Source: Adineta vaga (taxonomy: Eukaryota > Animalia > Rotifera). Taken from it: a DNA stretch of 64,000 bases. Every line of letters begins with the position of its first letter. Within the stretch, counting starts at the first letter, position 1. The position numbers were made by a program, and so were the translations under genes. Under the pieces are notes generated by a model, which searched no databases, was not told the DNA's origin, and worked only from the letters and a program-made list of their open reading frames with translations. The stretch is taken from NCBI GenBank assembly GCA_021613535.1, contig CP075493.1, forward strand, positions 7,998,001 to 8,062,000, in the 5' to 3' direction. Shown in pieces: positions 51,772 through 64,000 of this stretch.

Positions 51772-53691
51772 AACAATTGGTTATCCTATTTTTCTTTTCT
51801 TTATCTATATTATACAGACACAATCGACGAACTTCTTTTACAGTTTGAAAATTCCAGATTACAAGCTAAAACATTTTTTCGTAATTTATTTAAAAATAAT
51901 AATGAAAAATGAAATGAAAATAGATGAGCTCATTTGCATGGCTTATTTCTTTTGAAAAAATTTCATTGCTTACTGCTAATTTGAATTGCATGAACTATTC
52001 AGTTTTTTTCGTTTTGATTTTGTTGAATACGTTTCTATTTTCAACCCTGTTCCCCTAAAAGAGAATACAAGATATTTAGTCAATTGGCTTATTATTTTAC
52101 AGAAGAAAGGTGCTATTGTATAAATATATATATATGTTTTGTTTCTGGTTTATTCAACACGCTTTGCTATTGATATTTATTTTAATTCATTCATTTTGTA
52201 GACATTAAAATATCTATTATTTACAATTCTGTTTTCGTTTTCTGCTATGTGATAGTACTTTGTTTCTAAGCATATATATATATTTTTTTTTGTCGTTGTT
52301 TATCATTGGTAGAGAATAAACTTCCTCGTATATCTGTCATTCCCAAGCACAACTAAAAAGACAAGTATATATCTTGTTTAAATGAAATAAATGTCTATGA
52401 ATGGTACCAATTTTATGCTCAGTTTGACTTTTTCCATTTGCGCCAATTGAGACAGGTCATCGAATCAATTAGTATGAACACTAAATAAGTTCATGTGATT
52501 GGTTACACATATGTGTGAAGAAAATGTAGGTGGAGAAGTTAAAATCTTCCTTGCACTCAAGTGACAACAAGCTTAAACTATCAAGTAGATTGAATGATAG
52601 ATTTGATTTGATATAGAAAAATGTAGCATTCAAATATATGCATTTGCTTTTTAATAAGATTATCAAACGATTCTCATAATTTTTATTAGCCTTTGATTGC
52701 AGCAGATAAATGAATAATAATCTGACAGAAGGTAGACAAAAAAAGAAGAAGAAATGACGATGCAATTGAATTGGATGAAAGAAATCTTATCTTTTGGAGT
52801 ACACCGTGATTGAACATCCAACGCATTCAATCAATATGAGAACACTTGAAGAGAAAAAGAAATTGATAATATTTCTTCGATGAATGATTATTAAATTCTG
52901 TGAAATGAGAAAATCATTAATTCAATTTGCAAATTTTGTAATGTGAATATTCAACTGTAATTTTAACGAACAACATAAAATCGAAACTATATGTTTCAAA
53001 TCATTCAGTACTGCATATTGCAAAGATTCATAATGTTTTATAACTACTATGATGATTAATTCAATGTTTCTTTTTTGAGATCATAGTTGTTCTCTTTGAT
53101 ATTTTTTACCCTTTTCTACCGACTTGAATGAATCGATCTTTCATCAACTTTTTTTTGCAATACAATATTAACCAATGATATTGATTCTTTTTCTCCCCAC
53201 CAATAAAAAATGCAAACCTTTCTCTCTCTCTCTCTCTTATCAGTTTCTCGACAAGAGAAATAGTGTTATTCGATGCAGATATTAAATCATAAAAAAAAAG
53301 AAAAAGTGCAGTGTATACATACATAGTCTTCTTCTCAATACATACGCATCATCATCATTGCTCTCAATTGAAGAAAATACAATTCCTTGATTTTTTTATG
53401 ATTATACCATGTGATTATACCAATATCAAAAAGTTCTAATTTTATTACTACAATAACAGCAACGATCAACAACAACAACAAAATTTGATTATCCGTGAAA
53501 TCATCACTTCAATTTATTGCATCATTATTAACACCTATAATCATCAAACAGGTAAACAGACCAGAAAAATTCCGTTTTTTTTCCTTTCTTTCTTGACAAA
53601 TAATCCCAAAAGACAGAATATCAATCAAGCATGAAGAAAAACAGAAGTACATATTCGAACAAATCTATCTATTTCTATATTTATTTAGAAA

Positions 53692-55298
53692 ATGAATACA
53701 AACTATCCATCGATCATCTCATTGGATCATGAATCTAATTCTCGTCTCTATGAAACAGCTTATAATACATATGTTCCATATCCTGATTATGCAACATCAT
53801 CAAAATTAGAAGCATTTGATTACAATTATTGGCCAGCAAATACAACAACTACACATAATATTTTAGCTGTTCCATCAACTTCAACTGCAGATCATATTCC
53901 AACATCTTCATCATCTATAACATTACCAAATCAAACTCTTGAAACACTTGGAACTAGTCCACCTGTACATTTATCACAACTTAATTCAACTACAACAATT
54001 TCTGCAACACATCATCATCATCATATTCATCAACATCTTTATCCATCAAATGAATCTTCGAATTGGCTACCATCAACTGATTATCAATCACCAAGTACTT
54101 ATCGTCATTATCCATATCCAAATAATAATTTCTATGATCAACCTCAATGGTCAACACCAACACCAGCACTTCCAATTAAATTTGAATCTTCTTATAGTCC
54201 ACCATTGTATTATGAATCATCACATCATCTTGAACAACCACTAACAGATAGTAAAGAAGAACCATCCGATTCTTCCTATACTAAATGTTCTGAACAACAA
54301 TCAAATTGGTTTAAACAACAATTAGCTCCGGTTCCACCGAAAAATCCTACAAATGGTATGTCACACATAGCGATTGACCTTTTCTAAATCAAAGAAGAAA
54401 TAAAAGGGCATTGAATTGAATATTGCTTAAACACGCGCTTCCACCTTGGTGTTAGATATTGATCAGAGTGTTCGGTGTTGAATGTAAACAATTTAAGGAA
54501 TATGAGAGAAGTAACAATCATTCACTTCGTTTTGATTAAGTTTGATTTGGAAAAAAAGAATGTTAAGTGTCATAAAATGGTACCGTACTGCATGTATTTT
54601 GTTTTATGACTTTCAATTGTTGATACACATAGACATTGATAAGATTAATCTCGAGCTCATCCATTGAGTGGCACAGAAAAAGAAACCAGTCTAAATAAAA
54701 GTAAAACAGAGAACTATTTGCGAAACTTCTTTTTTGATTATTGAAAAAAAGAAGGAAACGAATATCATTCAACTTACCTCTATTAAAGACATTTGATTAT
54801 GTCGTATACTGATATATATACATGCAGTTTTTATATCTGAAGTAAGCGCTAGTGAAGATTTTATTAGGTCGAGTGTTATAAAATTTTATAATAGTAAGAA
54901 GAAAAAGATGAAAAAAAATAATGATGATTTCTCTATACTAGGAAAAACGCGTACACGTGATAAATATCGAATCGTTTATACTGATCGTCAACGATATGAA
55001 CTTGAAAATGAATTTACTTTGTCGAAATATATTTCAATACCACGAAAAGCGGCTTTATCTTCAACATTAGGATTAAGTGAACGACAGGTAAGTGTTTAAA
55101 ACAAATGATCAGAAAAGGGAAATTTTTGTTTTCTTTGTATAGATTAAAATTTGGTTTCAAAATCGTCGTGCAAAGGACCGTAAAATCCATAAAAAACGTC
55201 AAGAAATCTGTTCAAGACAATTGAATAATTCGAACGATGCTGATTCATCAAGTGATGATGATCTTGAAAGTCCAACTTATTATTCAAACTATGTGTGA
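53692..55298 (+). CDS. CDX: Caudal-type ParaHox homeobox transcription factor (3 coding exons: 53692-54355, 54942-55087, 55143-55298)
   Basis: [45 protein letters not shown]|[14 protein letters not shown]. Hexapeptide-like NWFK, poly-His N-terminal region, introns before GKTRT and within helix 3. Confidence 0.95.
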
Positions 55299-55816
55299 TT
55301 CTATTTATTACCTTGCAGTTTTTTTTTCGAAATACATTAAAACACTTCGTTTTTTTTGTCATTTTTGATATATGTAGAAAATAATATTTTGATTGTACTG
55401 ACTCTTTATTTCTTCATGTTTTTTCTTCGTTTTTCTCAGATTGGTGATTGTAATACAACTTGTGTGCGTTGGCGGTAAAGGACATTTCTCTCTTATTTTC
55501 TCGCATTCGGTCATAAAGCTCCTAATACAATGTAAGATAGCTGGAATGTATATTTTCATATTAGACATACTCGTGTTAATACGATTACCTCGAGGCACCA
55601 AGCGTTCGAACGAACAAAAAAAACACGAATGATTGTTCATCAGTTATTTTCTCGATCGTTCTTTCTTCTTTATATCGTCAGTCAGTAAGCACATATGTGT
55701 ATATATATATATCTTTATAAGAAGACCATAATACATGTGTCTTTCACACATATATACGCACACACTAATCGACGTCGACCTGTTTTCTATCTGTTCACTA
55801 AAACAAATAGCAAACA

Positions 55817-58800
55817 ATGCCATTTTCGATGTTAGTATACCGATTAGTATATTATGATTTATTTATAAAATTATTTATTTGCTTAAAATAGGTCATACGA
55901 TTTTCCACTACAGCAACCAAAATCGACTTCTGCTGAGATGGATCCTAGTGTGCTCTGGTGTCTTGGTCCAGACTTTGATAAACAAACAGTTTTAAGTTTA
56001 CTTGGTGATAATAATTCTATGGATACTGCTTTTATGCAACCCACCACACCTACTTGGTGGATGTCTAGTCCATCTCAATGGAATCCAGCATCGATGCATG
56101 ATCCATCTATTTATACACCTCGTTCAGTTATGAGTGAACTGGGTCCTCAATCACCTACGAGTGGTGCAACAAAACGACCATTTTCTGATGTAACCAATCG
56201 AACGACGAGTAAATAATTAGTTATTAGCATATATGTTTTTAGAAATTTATTATCTATCGGTTTCTTTTTTGCAACAATAGATCGACAATTTACTAATAAT
56301 CAACCAATAAATAAGTTGGACTTTTCAACACCAGTCCGATCATTAACACCTGATTTGTACAATCGAGTACCTTCATCTATTAAACGATCACGGATTACAC
56401 CTGCATTAGCCTCTACCTATGAAACACCACCACCTCCAGCACCTTTTCCTTCAACTACATCAACAATCGAATCAGCAGAGTAAGTCAGAATAGAAATATT
56501 CATCTTCTTCTTATGAAAATATAATCATTTGTATATAGACGAGCATTGGAAATTGCTCTTTTACTTAAAGAACATCCCGATTGTACCTGTGTACTTGTTA
56601 CACTCATACAAGAATATCAAAGCCGGTTAGTTCTTTTTTCTTCAATCAAAGGATAATACTGTGAACAAAATAAATCGTTTTTAGATTTCAAAAACCGCTT
56701 CATGTTAGTGAATTATATACAATGAAACATGTTATTGATATTCAAGACTATGGAGGTAATCGAGTGGCTCGTCTCTTACCGGCATTTCGTGTACGTTTCG
56801 ATGAAAATAATATCCAAGTAAGGAGTTTTTCTTCAACTTTCAACCAATAATTATCTAGTTACATTTTACTTAGAGTCATTTGGAACAACCATACTGTATA
56901 ATACATTGTTCTAAAAATTTTATTGTAAATCCTGATCTTGATTTACCGTTCGTTCGAGTTCCATTCAGTGCATTTGCTGAAAATATTCGTCAATTATTAA
57001 CTCAACACAATGGCTCAATGCCTTTAGCCAGGTATGCATTAGTATCAATTTTTATTCTCAATAAGAATGTCTTTTGATTCTCTTCTTTGTATTTAGTTTT
57101 CCTCAATGTTATATCCACAGTTTCGATCCTTTAGTTGATCATAATGATGGTGTTCCACTTGAACATTATATTTCATGTAAAATCAATATTTTCTTAAATT
57201 TTCTTTGAAACTCAAAGTGAAATATTCCCATTATTTGCAGGCATCAAAGATGTTCAAATTGTTACAGGACAAGGTGTTATTAAAAAAGTACAATTTTCTA
57301 ATACACCGGGTGTATCATTTATGCCAACACCATTTGATACATCAAATAGTAAGTTGAATAATACCATTAAAGTCTATTCTCTTGGTTTTTTTCTCCTATA
57401 ATAGTGCACGTTGAAATGTGTGCTGAAGTTCAACAGCGTTTACAACAATTTTCACGTGAAGTTCTTGATTTACTTAAAAATCAAGGATCTCATTGTCGTT
57501 TACCTGTTTCGAAATTTGTTTCTGCTTATCATCAATATTTCAGTCGACAATGTCGTGTAGCTGATTATGGTTTTTCAAAAATTATTGATCTTTTACTTGC
57601 CATTCCGAAATCCATTCAAGTACGAAAGAAATAAACTCAAATTTTATCATCATTAATTCACTATTTGTTTTTCTTCAATAGATTTTGGGTGATGGAAATA
57701 AACGTATTATGACAATTACACATCGTTGTCAAATGAAACGATTTACTAATGATATTATTCGTATCTTGAAAAATAAACCACAACGATCAATGTCCATTAG
57801 TGAAATTCCCATGGAATATGGTTTGGAAAATATATTGATATTGTAATACATATATATACATAAATCTTCTTGTTTTTATTAAAGAAATGGCTTATAAAAA
57901 ACCGTTCTATGTTGCTGATTTTGGTATGTGCTATTTGGAAGATCTTGTCAATGAAGTTAAAGATAATAAAGAATTAGTTGTTGAAGCTGATAAAGATATT
58001 ATTAAACTTTATCGTAAAGGTAATAATAAATACAAATTTTCTGATTAAATTCTAATATCATTTTATATAATTTTAGAACGAACAGATTTAGAAATTTATG
58101 CAACACGTAATTTTGAAAAAGATGTGATCGATATGCTTCGTATTTTACCTGATTTCAGTATACCATTTCAAAAATTTATTCCATCTTATCAGTAAGAAAA
58201 CAAAAACCTATTGACTTTTTTCTCTTCGATGTTTCACTATTTATATTTAGTCACCATTTTGGTTATCAATGTAAAGTACAAACATATGGATTTAGTCGTT
58301 TAATTGACTTACTTGAAGAACTTTCACATGTTGTTAAAGTATGATTTTTAAACTCAAAAGATATACCTTCATCATATTTTATTAGATTAATGAAGATAAA
58401 AATGGCGAAAAAATTGTTCAATTAACATCAACTATGATGGCACATGCCATTTTATTAAATATTGAACAACTAGTTCGTAAACCTCATGGTCCAATTAAAT
58501 TAAAAGATCTTCAAGCACAATATTTACAAGTTTATCGAAATGAACTGAATCCAGAAGATTTTGGTGTAGCTAGTATTGAAGCTTTACTTCTTACAATGAC
58601 TGATAAACTTGATGTAAGTGAAAATAACAACGAATACATTATTTTGATTCTTTTTTTTTTCTTTCTTCCTTAGTTTCATTATACTGAAGCAGATATTACA
58701 CTTTCAATTAAAGAACCTAATTCAACAACGATTCAATTAGCTAAAAATGTTGTTCTTACCTTAATGTTATCTCAATGTCAATTATCTTTTTGGCAATTGA

Positions 58801-59306
58801 AACAAGATATGCTTGCTCGTTTTAAACAAGATGTTACGTTAACTATGTGTCGCAATGAATTACGAGATTATGTCGAAGTAGGTTAATACATTTTTCTATT
58901 TCTCATCTAAGCTGATTTCTATGTATTAGGTTATCGATCAAACAGTTCGTTTAACTCCACCAATGTTTTTTGCCTACAACGTTGTTCTTCTTCTTAGTCC
59001 ATGTGAAGGTCGCATGGCTTATGATGATTTTATTGTTGAATATCAACGTCGAACTGGTTCAACTCATTTGCTTTATCCAACAGACTATGGTTTTCCGACA
59101 ATGCCTCGTCTTTTCGATGCGATTCAACTTGTTGCTTTAGTTCGTGGCCGACGTAATTTTAAAATGATTATTCTTAATCCTGAGTTTCGACGTATGTTAT
59201 ACAAATATTTCATATAAATGAAAAAAAAATGACCTCTTCTAATTTCTTTTTAGTCGGTGGATATTCTCAACCAACACCCTTTACACCATCCATGACACCT
59301 TTCTAA
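55817..59306 (+). CDS. MARF1: MARF1/Limkain-b1-like protein consisting of tandem LOTUS (OST-HTH) domains, many short exons
   Basis: [46 protein letters not shown]|[26 protein letters not shown]; FQKFIPSY(Q/H)[24 protein letters not shown]; [12 protein letters not shown]. Start MPFSM|SYDFPLQ at 55817; stop TAA 59304-59306. Confidence 0.88.
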
Positions 59307-60419
59307 TATTTGTTTCACAATCCTCGTTTTGACACACTATGCAACATCGTTTTTCATTTTGTCTACCTACGACATCTTGAAAGAAGTTTATCTAAAACTT
59401 CTTTCGTCGTTCTTCACATTTGTGTCATTCTTATTATCTTTAACAGTTTAATTAGAATTATTTTACTAAATATTATTTTACTGCTGCTCTTTAATATTTA
59501 TTTATTCACATAGGTTAAAACGAGGTGATCTATTATGTTTTTCTGTTCATTAATCAGCCGTATTTTTATCATTTAATTCGTAACCAAAAGAAATTATTCT
59601 TTTATTTTTCTTCTTCGTCGACTATTTTATATTTCATTCTGTACAAATCATACATATGTGCATGAATATCTATTTATTGTCTCAGCACCACTCTTGGTGC
59701 AGATTTTCGTCTTGTCTTCTTATTTTCTACTTGAAAATTTCTATACTTATATCAATACGACGTTCTCACGCGTGTGTTTGTGTATCGTTTGTTCACTACA
59801 CTTTTTACCGATATTTTATGTTATAACAACACTTTAAAATTTTTCTTCTTTTTTATTTCGTCGATTTCTTTCTTTTGATTTGTAGTAGATAGATACAGTT
59901 GATATACCGATGTTTCTTTCTTTTTCCTTTTATTATCATAGCATACCTATTGTCTGTTCCTTTTTTCGAAAAGTTCATTTATATTGTTATTTTATTCATA
60001 TGTATACCAATAAAACATGCGAGATACATTAGTACTCTCTTTTCTATATTTGTCTTCGTCTTCTATGTTGATCATGTTATTCATGAAAATAAAAATCAAT
60101 TACTAAAATCCGAACTATCATGTCAGAAGAAGACTAAACTTACATTGAAACTTAAAAAATCTACTAACTACCTAGCAATATAATTATAATTAATAGATTA
60201 AATTGTATAAATAAAAATATGGACTTAGAATGAAAATTTTAGACAGTTATTTATTTATCTATTTTCGAGGATAAAATCCTTATAGCAGGAGACATCTGTA
60301 GAGAATCCAATTATTGATTTGTACTATTCGTTTTCCATCTTATATTTTCAGGAGAACGAAAACTTTTTTTTCTAAAATCATTTATCATTATTTTTTAGAT
60401 TAATTTTCATATACATTCA

Positions 60420-62531
60420 ATGCTTCTTGCTAAATTTGTGACACAACGTTGTCTAACTTCTTCGAAACTTATTAACAATGTTTGTCAATCCATGCAACGT
60501 CAAATATCGGCTAAAAAATCTATAGAAAAGATTCCGTTCGTTACATTAAAATATTCTTTCTAATTACTATCTACTTATTATCTATTTAGACCACTACGAC
60601 GAAAGCCTAAATTTGATTCTCTTCATGTCGAAACATTATTGCGATCAGCTGCGGAAGATATAACATTAGAAAATCAATATGAAAAGTAACGATCTTTTTT
60701 TTCATCAATTCCATTGAAACATCTTCTACGATGTCTTCTTAGATTATCGAATATTATATTACCATTAGCTAATTACTCATATGATGAACAATTGGAAGTA
60801 AATCGAAATTTATTTCTATATAGGCAATGACTCTATTTCTATTTCTAGATAAAGCAAGATATAATAGAACAATCATTCGATCAAATAGGAAATGCTATCT
60901 TATGGGATAAACGAATTGATAGTCAAGTTTTAAAATATGTCGAATTTCAAGAAGGGCAATTTTGCCATGTTAAACCAACTATTCCATCAGTATGATTATT
61001 AGTTTTTTCTTGTTGTTGAAATATCTATATATTGTAGCCTATAACTGAACAATATCGCTGTAAGGATGATCTATCGTGTGGTTATAGTATAGATGGACAA
61101 AAAACAATTGGATTTTATATTAAGCCTTCAAATAATAAAAGTAATTTTTTAAATGGTAGTAAAATCATTTCAAGATTTCTTTTTCTAGAATTTTCCAATA
61201 CTCTATGCGTATCACCGATACATCTGAAAAGTATGAAATCAAAACATATATCAGCCATAAAGGTAAGTTTTTTCAAAATCGTATAAAGAAATAGAGGAGG
61301 AGAAAAATTTCTTTTTCAAGCATTTCGATCAATTTCTTAAACAACATTCATTACCTATTTGTACAAATACGAATATATTGAAAAAAGATCAATATTGGCG
61401 TACGATAACATTAAAATCTAACGAACGCGATCATCTAATGATGATTGTTGTTGTTCATCCACAATCATTAAGTAAGGTGCTTTCTGTGAAATTCCCAATG
61501 AACTTTTCATTTTCATCATATTTATTTTCTTTAGAATGAAATTGATCAAATGAAAAAAGATCTATTTAATTATTTCATCGATGGACCTGGTCGTGAATGT
61601 GAAATAAATACTTTGTATTTTCAAACTTGGTAATATATTTGTATGATATTTTTGATTTATGAGAATCTTTCAATCATATTTAGTCCATACGCTCGTTGTA
61701 CAAGTGAAGAAAATCCATTCGAATTGATATATGGTGATGCTTTTCTTTATGAAACATATAATGGAAAGAAATTTCGTATTTCACCTGACTCATTTTTTCA
61801 AACAAACAAACAAGGTTCTGAAATAGTCTATAGAAAAATGATAGAACATGCTCAATTAGATGAAAATACAGTTCTATTAGATATTGGTGCAGGCATTGGT
61901 AAGAAATATGAAATCATCTAATATGATATTCTTTGATGTTTACATTTAGGTGTACAATCTATTATGGCTTCACCGATTGCAAAAAAAATCTATGCCATCG
62001 ATCCTTTGAATTTATGTATTCAAGATGGAAAATTCAATGCCGAGTTAAATAAATGTCGAGATAATATCGAATGGATTTGTGGTTTTGATGAAGCAAATTT
62101 ACATCGAATTTTGAAGAAAATCGGTGATTTACATGGAGATAATTCGCGTATTGTTGCTATTGTTAATCCTTTACGATATAATTTAAGTAAGTTCATACAA
62201 ATACTTAATGAAAACGAGATATATACTTCGAATTTTTTGTTTTAGCGAATAAAACAACTAATATACTTCGTAGTTTACCATCAATTCAACAACTCATCTA
62301 TGTATTAAGTAAAACTGATCAACAAATTATGCATAGTTTCTATGAGTATGTCTATATCATTTGATAAATCTATTCATTACTTATCGATCTGCTCGATTTA
62401 GATTAGCAGCTGGTACACGATCAAAATTACAAGAAGTTGGTCGACCATTCGTTCCTAGTGATATCTATCCAATTGATTTACTTCCACATACAATGCATAC
62501 AGAAGTTGTTGTGAAATGTGTTCGAGTGTAA
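60420..62531 (+). CDS. TRMT2B: TRMT2-family (tRNA m5U54 methyltransferase, TRMT2B-like) protein with mitochondrial-type presequence; catalytic Cys absent
   Basis: PLANYSYDEQLE|IKQ, YRCKDDLSCG, FRISPDSFFQTN, LLDIGAGIG, DGKFNAELN, IVAIVNPLR, LIYVLSK, PIDLLPHTMHTEVVV. N-terminus MLLAKFVTQRCLTSSKL is basic/hydroxylated with no acidic residues. Confidence 0.82.
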
Positions 62532-62889
62532 ATTAAAACGATATGTTTTCAAAAAAAGAAAATAAAATCATTGATTAATATTGTTGTTTTTGATCACTTA
62601 TATATGATGCTTCTAAATAATGATGGCATCATCTCGTCATAATCATCTATAGAATATCTTTGATAAAGTGAACGAAACCGAGCGTCATCTATTGTCAGTC
62701 AAATTTATAATCTAGAATGAATCATTTTCAAAATCTGATTGGTTTCTTTCTATTTAAGACGGTGTGTAATCTAGTCTAGCTAGCCGATCGACATCGACTC
62801 ATGAATGAATTACTATTCCATTTCGTTGTTTGTATTCTTATCATTTTTACTTTTTTACTTTTAGATCTTTTCTTTCCTCAACTTACTCA

Positions 62890-63690
62890 ATGGCTTCTAT
62901 TAACGATGATGCATATGAATCAATTGGTCTAGTAAAACCTGAAGTTTATGTATATGTGATACCTCCACGTCAATCAACTACACGTAAACATCGTGCTGCT
63001 GATTGGAAATTAGATACACCTAATTATATATGTCGATTAAAAATAATCTCGAAAGGTGAAAAATGTTTAATACGTTTAGAAGATCGAAATACAGGCGGAC
63101 ATTTTGCTACATGTCCAATTGAAAGTTATCCATCCATAGCTGTTGAAAATGTAGAAGATTCCACACGTTATTTTGTTATTCGTGTTCAAAATGATAACGG
63201 TCAACAAGCATTCTTAGGTATTGGTTTTAATGATCGTTCGGATTCATTCGATTTTAATGTTGCTCTACAAGATCATTTTAAATATTTAAAACAAGCGAAA
63301 CAAATTGAACAAGAAGCTCAACAAACGGCAAGTAATCCTTCACAATCACAACAACCAAAATTAGATTTAAGCTTCAAAGAAGGACAAACAATAAAAATCA
63401 ATTTAAAAAGTAGTTTACCAGGTGATGAACAAACAAAAAAATCTGTTAGAAATGCCAATGAATCTTTTGTTCCCGGAATCTTACCACCTCCACCAGGTTC
63501 ATCAATTCCAAAATTAACACCACCACCTGGTTCATCATTACCAAAATTAACACCACCACCTAGTTCAACCAGTGCAAATGTTGTTCCACAATTATCAACT
63601 ACGGCAGTAGCAGCAACATCACCATCACCACCAAATAATAACAATAATAATACAAATGTTCATTCCGATTTGAGTTGGATGCAATTTTAA
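62890..63690 (+). CDS. NECAP: Adaptin ear-binding coat-associated protein (NECAP), intronless CDS
   Basis: YESIGLVKPEVYVYVIPPR..RAADWKLD, DSTRYFVIR, GIGFNDRSDSFDFNVALQDHFK, LDLSFKEGQTIKIN, GILPPPPG and the C-terminal WMQF* (WxxF AP-2-binding) motif. Confidence 0.96.
   Translation: MASINDDAYESIGLVKPEVYVYVIPPRQSTTRKHRAADWKLDTPNYICRLKIISKGEKCLIRLEDRNTGGHFATCPIESYPSIAVENVEDSTRYFVIRVQNDNGQQAFLGIGFNDRSDSFDFNVALQDHFKYLKQAKQIEQEAQQTASNPSQSQQPKLDLSFKEGQTIKINLKSSLPGDEQTKKSVRNANESFVPGILPPPPGSSIPKLTPPPGSSLPKLTPPPSSTSANVVPQLSTTAVAATSPSPPNNNNNNTNVHSDLSWMQF
63483..63566 (+). repeat. ~30-nt coding tandem repeat in NECAP (PPPGSS[IL]PKLT x ~2.5)
   Basis: CCACC..GGTTCATCA.T.CCAAAATTAACA unit repeated twice plus a partial third copy. 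Confidence 0.75.
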
Positions 63691-64000
63691 TTCTTTCTTT
63701 TTGATTGATCTTTTTTTGGTGGAAAAAAAAAGCATTGGTAATATTTAACATATGTAGATGTCTATCTTTCTTCTTTCTTTTGTCTTTTCTTATACGTTTG
63801 AAATGTTATGAACAACAAATAAATCAATTCATTATCGATTATTTCACAGAAATCAAACGTATTATATACATATTATTAGAAAGACCTTAGATTTGTATTC
63901 AAACTGATTGATGCATGCATGTTAAAAATGAATCTAAGTTTCGAAAGTCTAAGCTCAACTGTCGGAATCTAATCTTCGGAAACACCATGTCATGTTTAAT

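Noticed and set aside
52690-54545. TCF/LEF-like CTTTGAT/ATCAAAG sites around Cdx
   Set aside because: Biologically plausible (Wnt-Cdx), but such words are frequent in ~70% AT DNA and cannot be supported without conservation data.
1-64000. Prokaryotic systems (CRISPR arrays, defence islands, bacterial operons)
   Set aside because: The sequence is spliceosomal-intron-rich metazoan DNA; no repeat-spacer array seen. The EGF repeats are coding and degenerate.
1-64000. Spliced-leader RNA gene, rRNA or snRNA genes
   Set aside because: No match recognised by eye; an Infernal/Rfam scan would be needed to exclude them.

Overview
AT-rich, gene-dense eukaryotic (metazoan) DNA with many very short (~50-60 nt) GT-AG introns. 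Composition and gene style suggest a bdelloid rotifer; this is inference, not shown directly. Most ORF-track entries are exon fragments or shadow ORFs. By manual splicing I find about 24 protein-coding genes: an ATP8B-type P4-ATPase, TEX261, TMX3, a CBM14+EGF secreted protein, a small membrane/GPI-type orphan, a DUF229 protein, a single-pass beta-domain protein, an orphan, a RING-TM protein, a LIR-motif orphan, a DOMON-EGF(~25)-ShKT protein, a mucin-Kunitz protein, RPAIN, ISYNA1, a DHHC palmitoyltransferase, DDX20, a C2H2 zinc-finger protein, a 3R-Myb, PMVK, SH3BP5, the ParaHox gene Cdx, a LOTUS-only MARF1, a TRMT2-like protein and NECAP. There is also an initiator tRNA-Met and a decayed Merlin/IS1595-type transposase. 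The most striking structure is operon-like packing. DDX20>ZDHHC>ISYNA1(>RPAIN) and PMVK>SH3BP5 are co-oriented with only 26-53 nt between stop and next ATG. Each tiny spacer contains an unpaired 3' splice acceptor, consistent with polycistronic transcription resolved by spliced-leader trans-splicing. Other highlights: a TRMT2 lacking its catalytic Cys, a MARF1 lacking NYN/RRM domains, a tRNA-iMet with G30.U40, and candidate alternative last exons on the flippase. Five small frameshifts probably reflect assembly indel errors. Exon boundaries were called by eye and no database searches were run.
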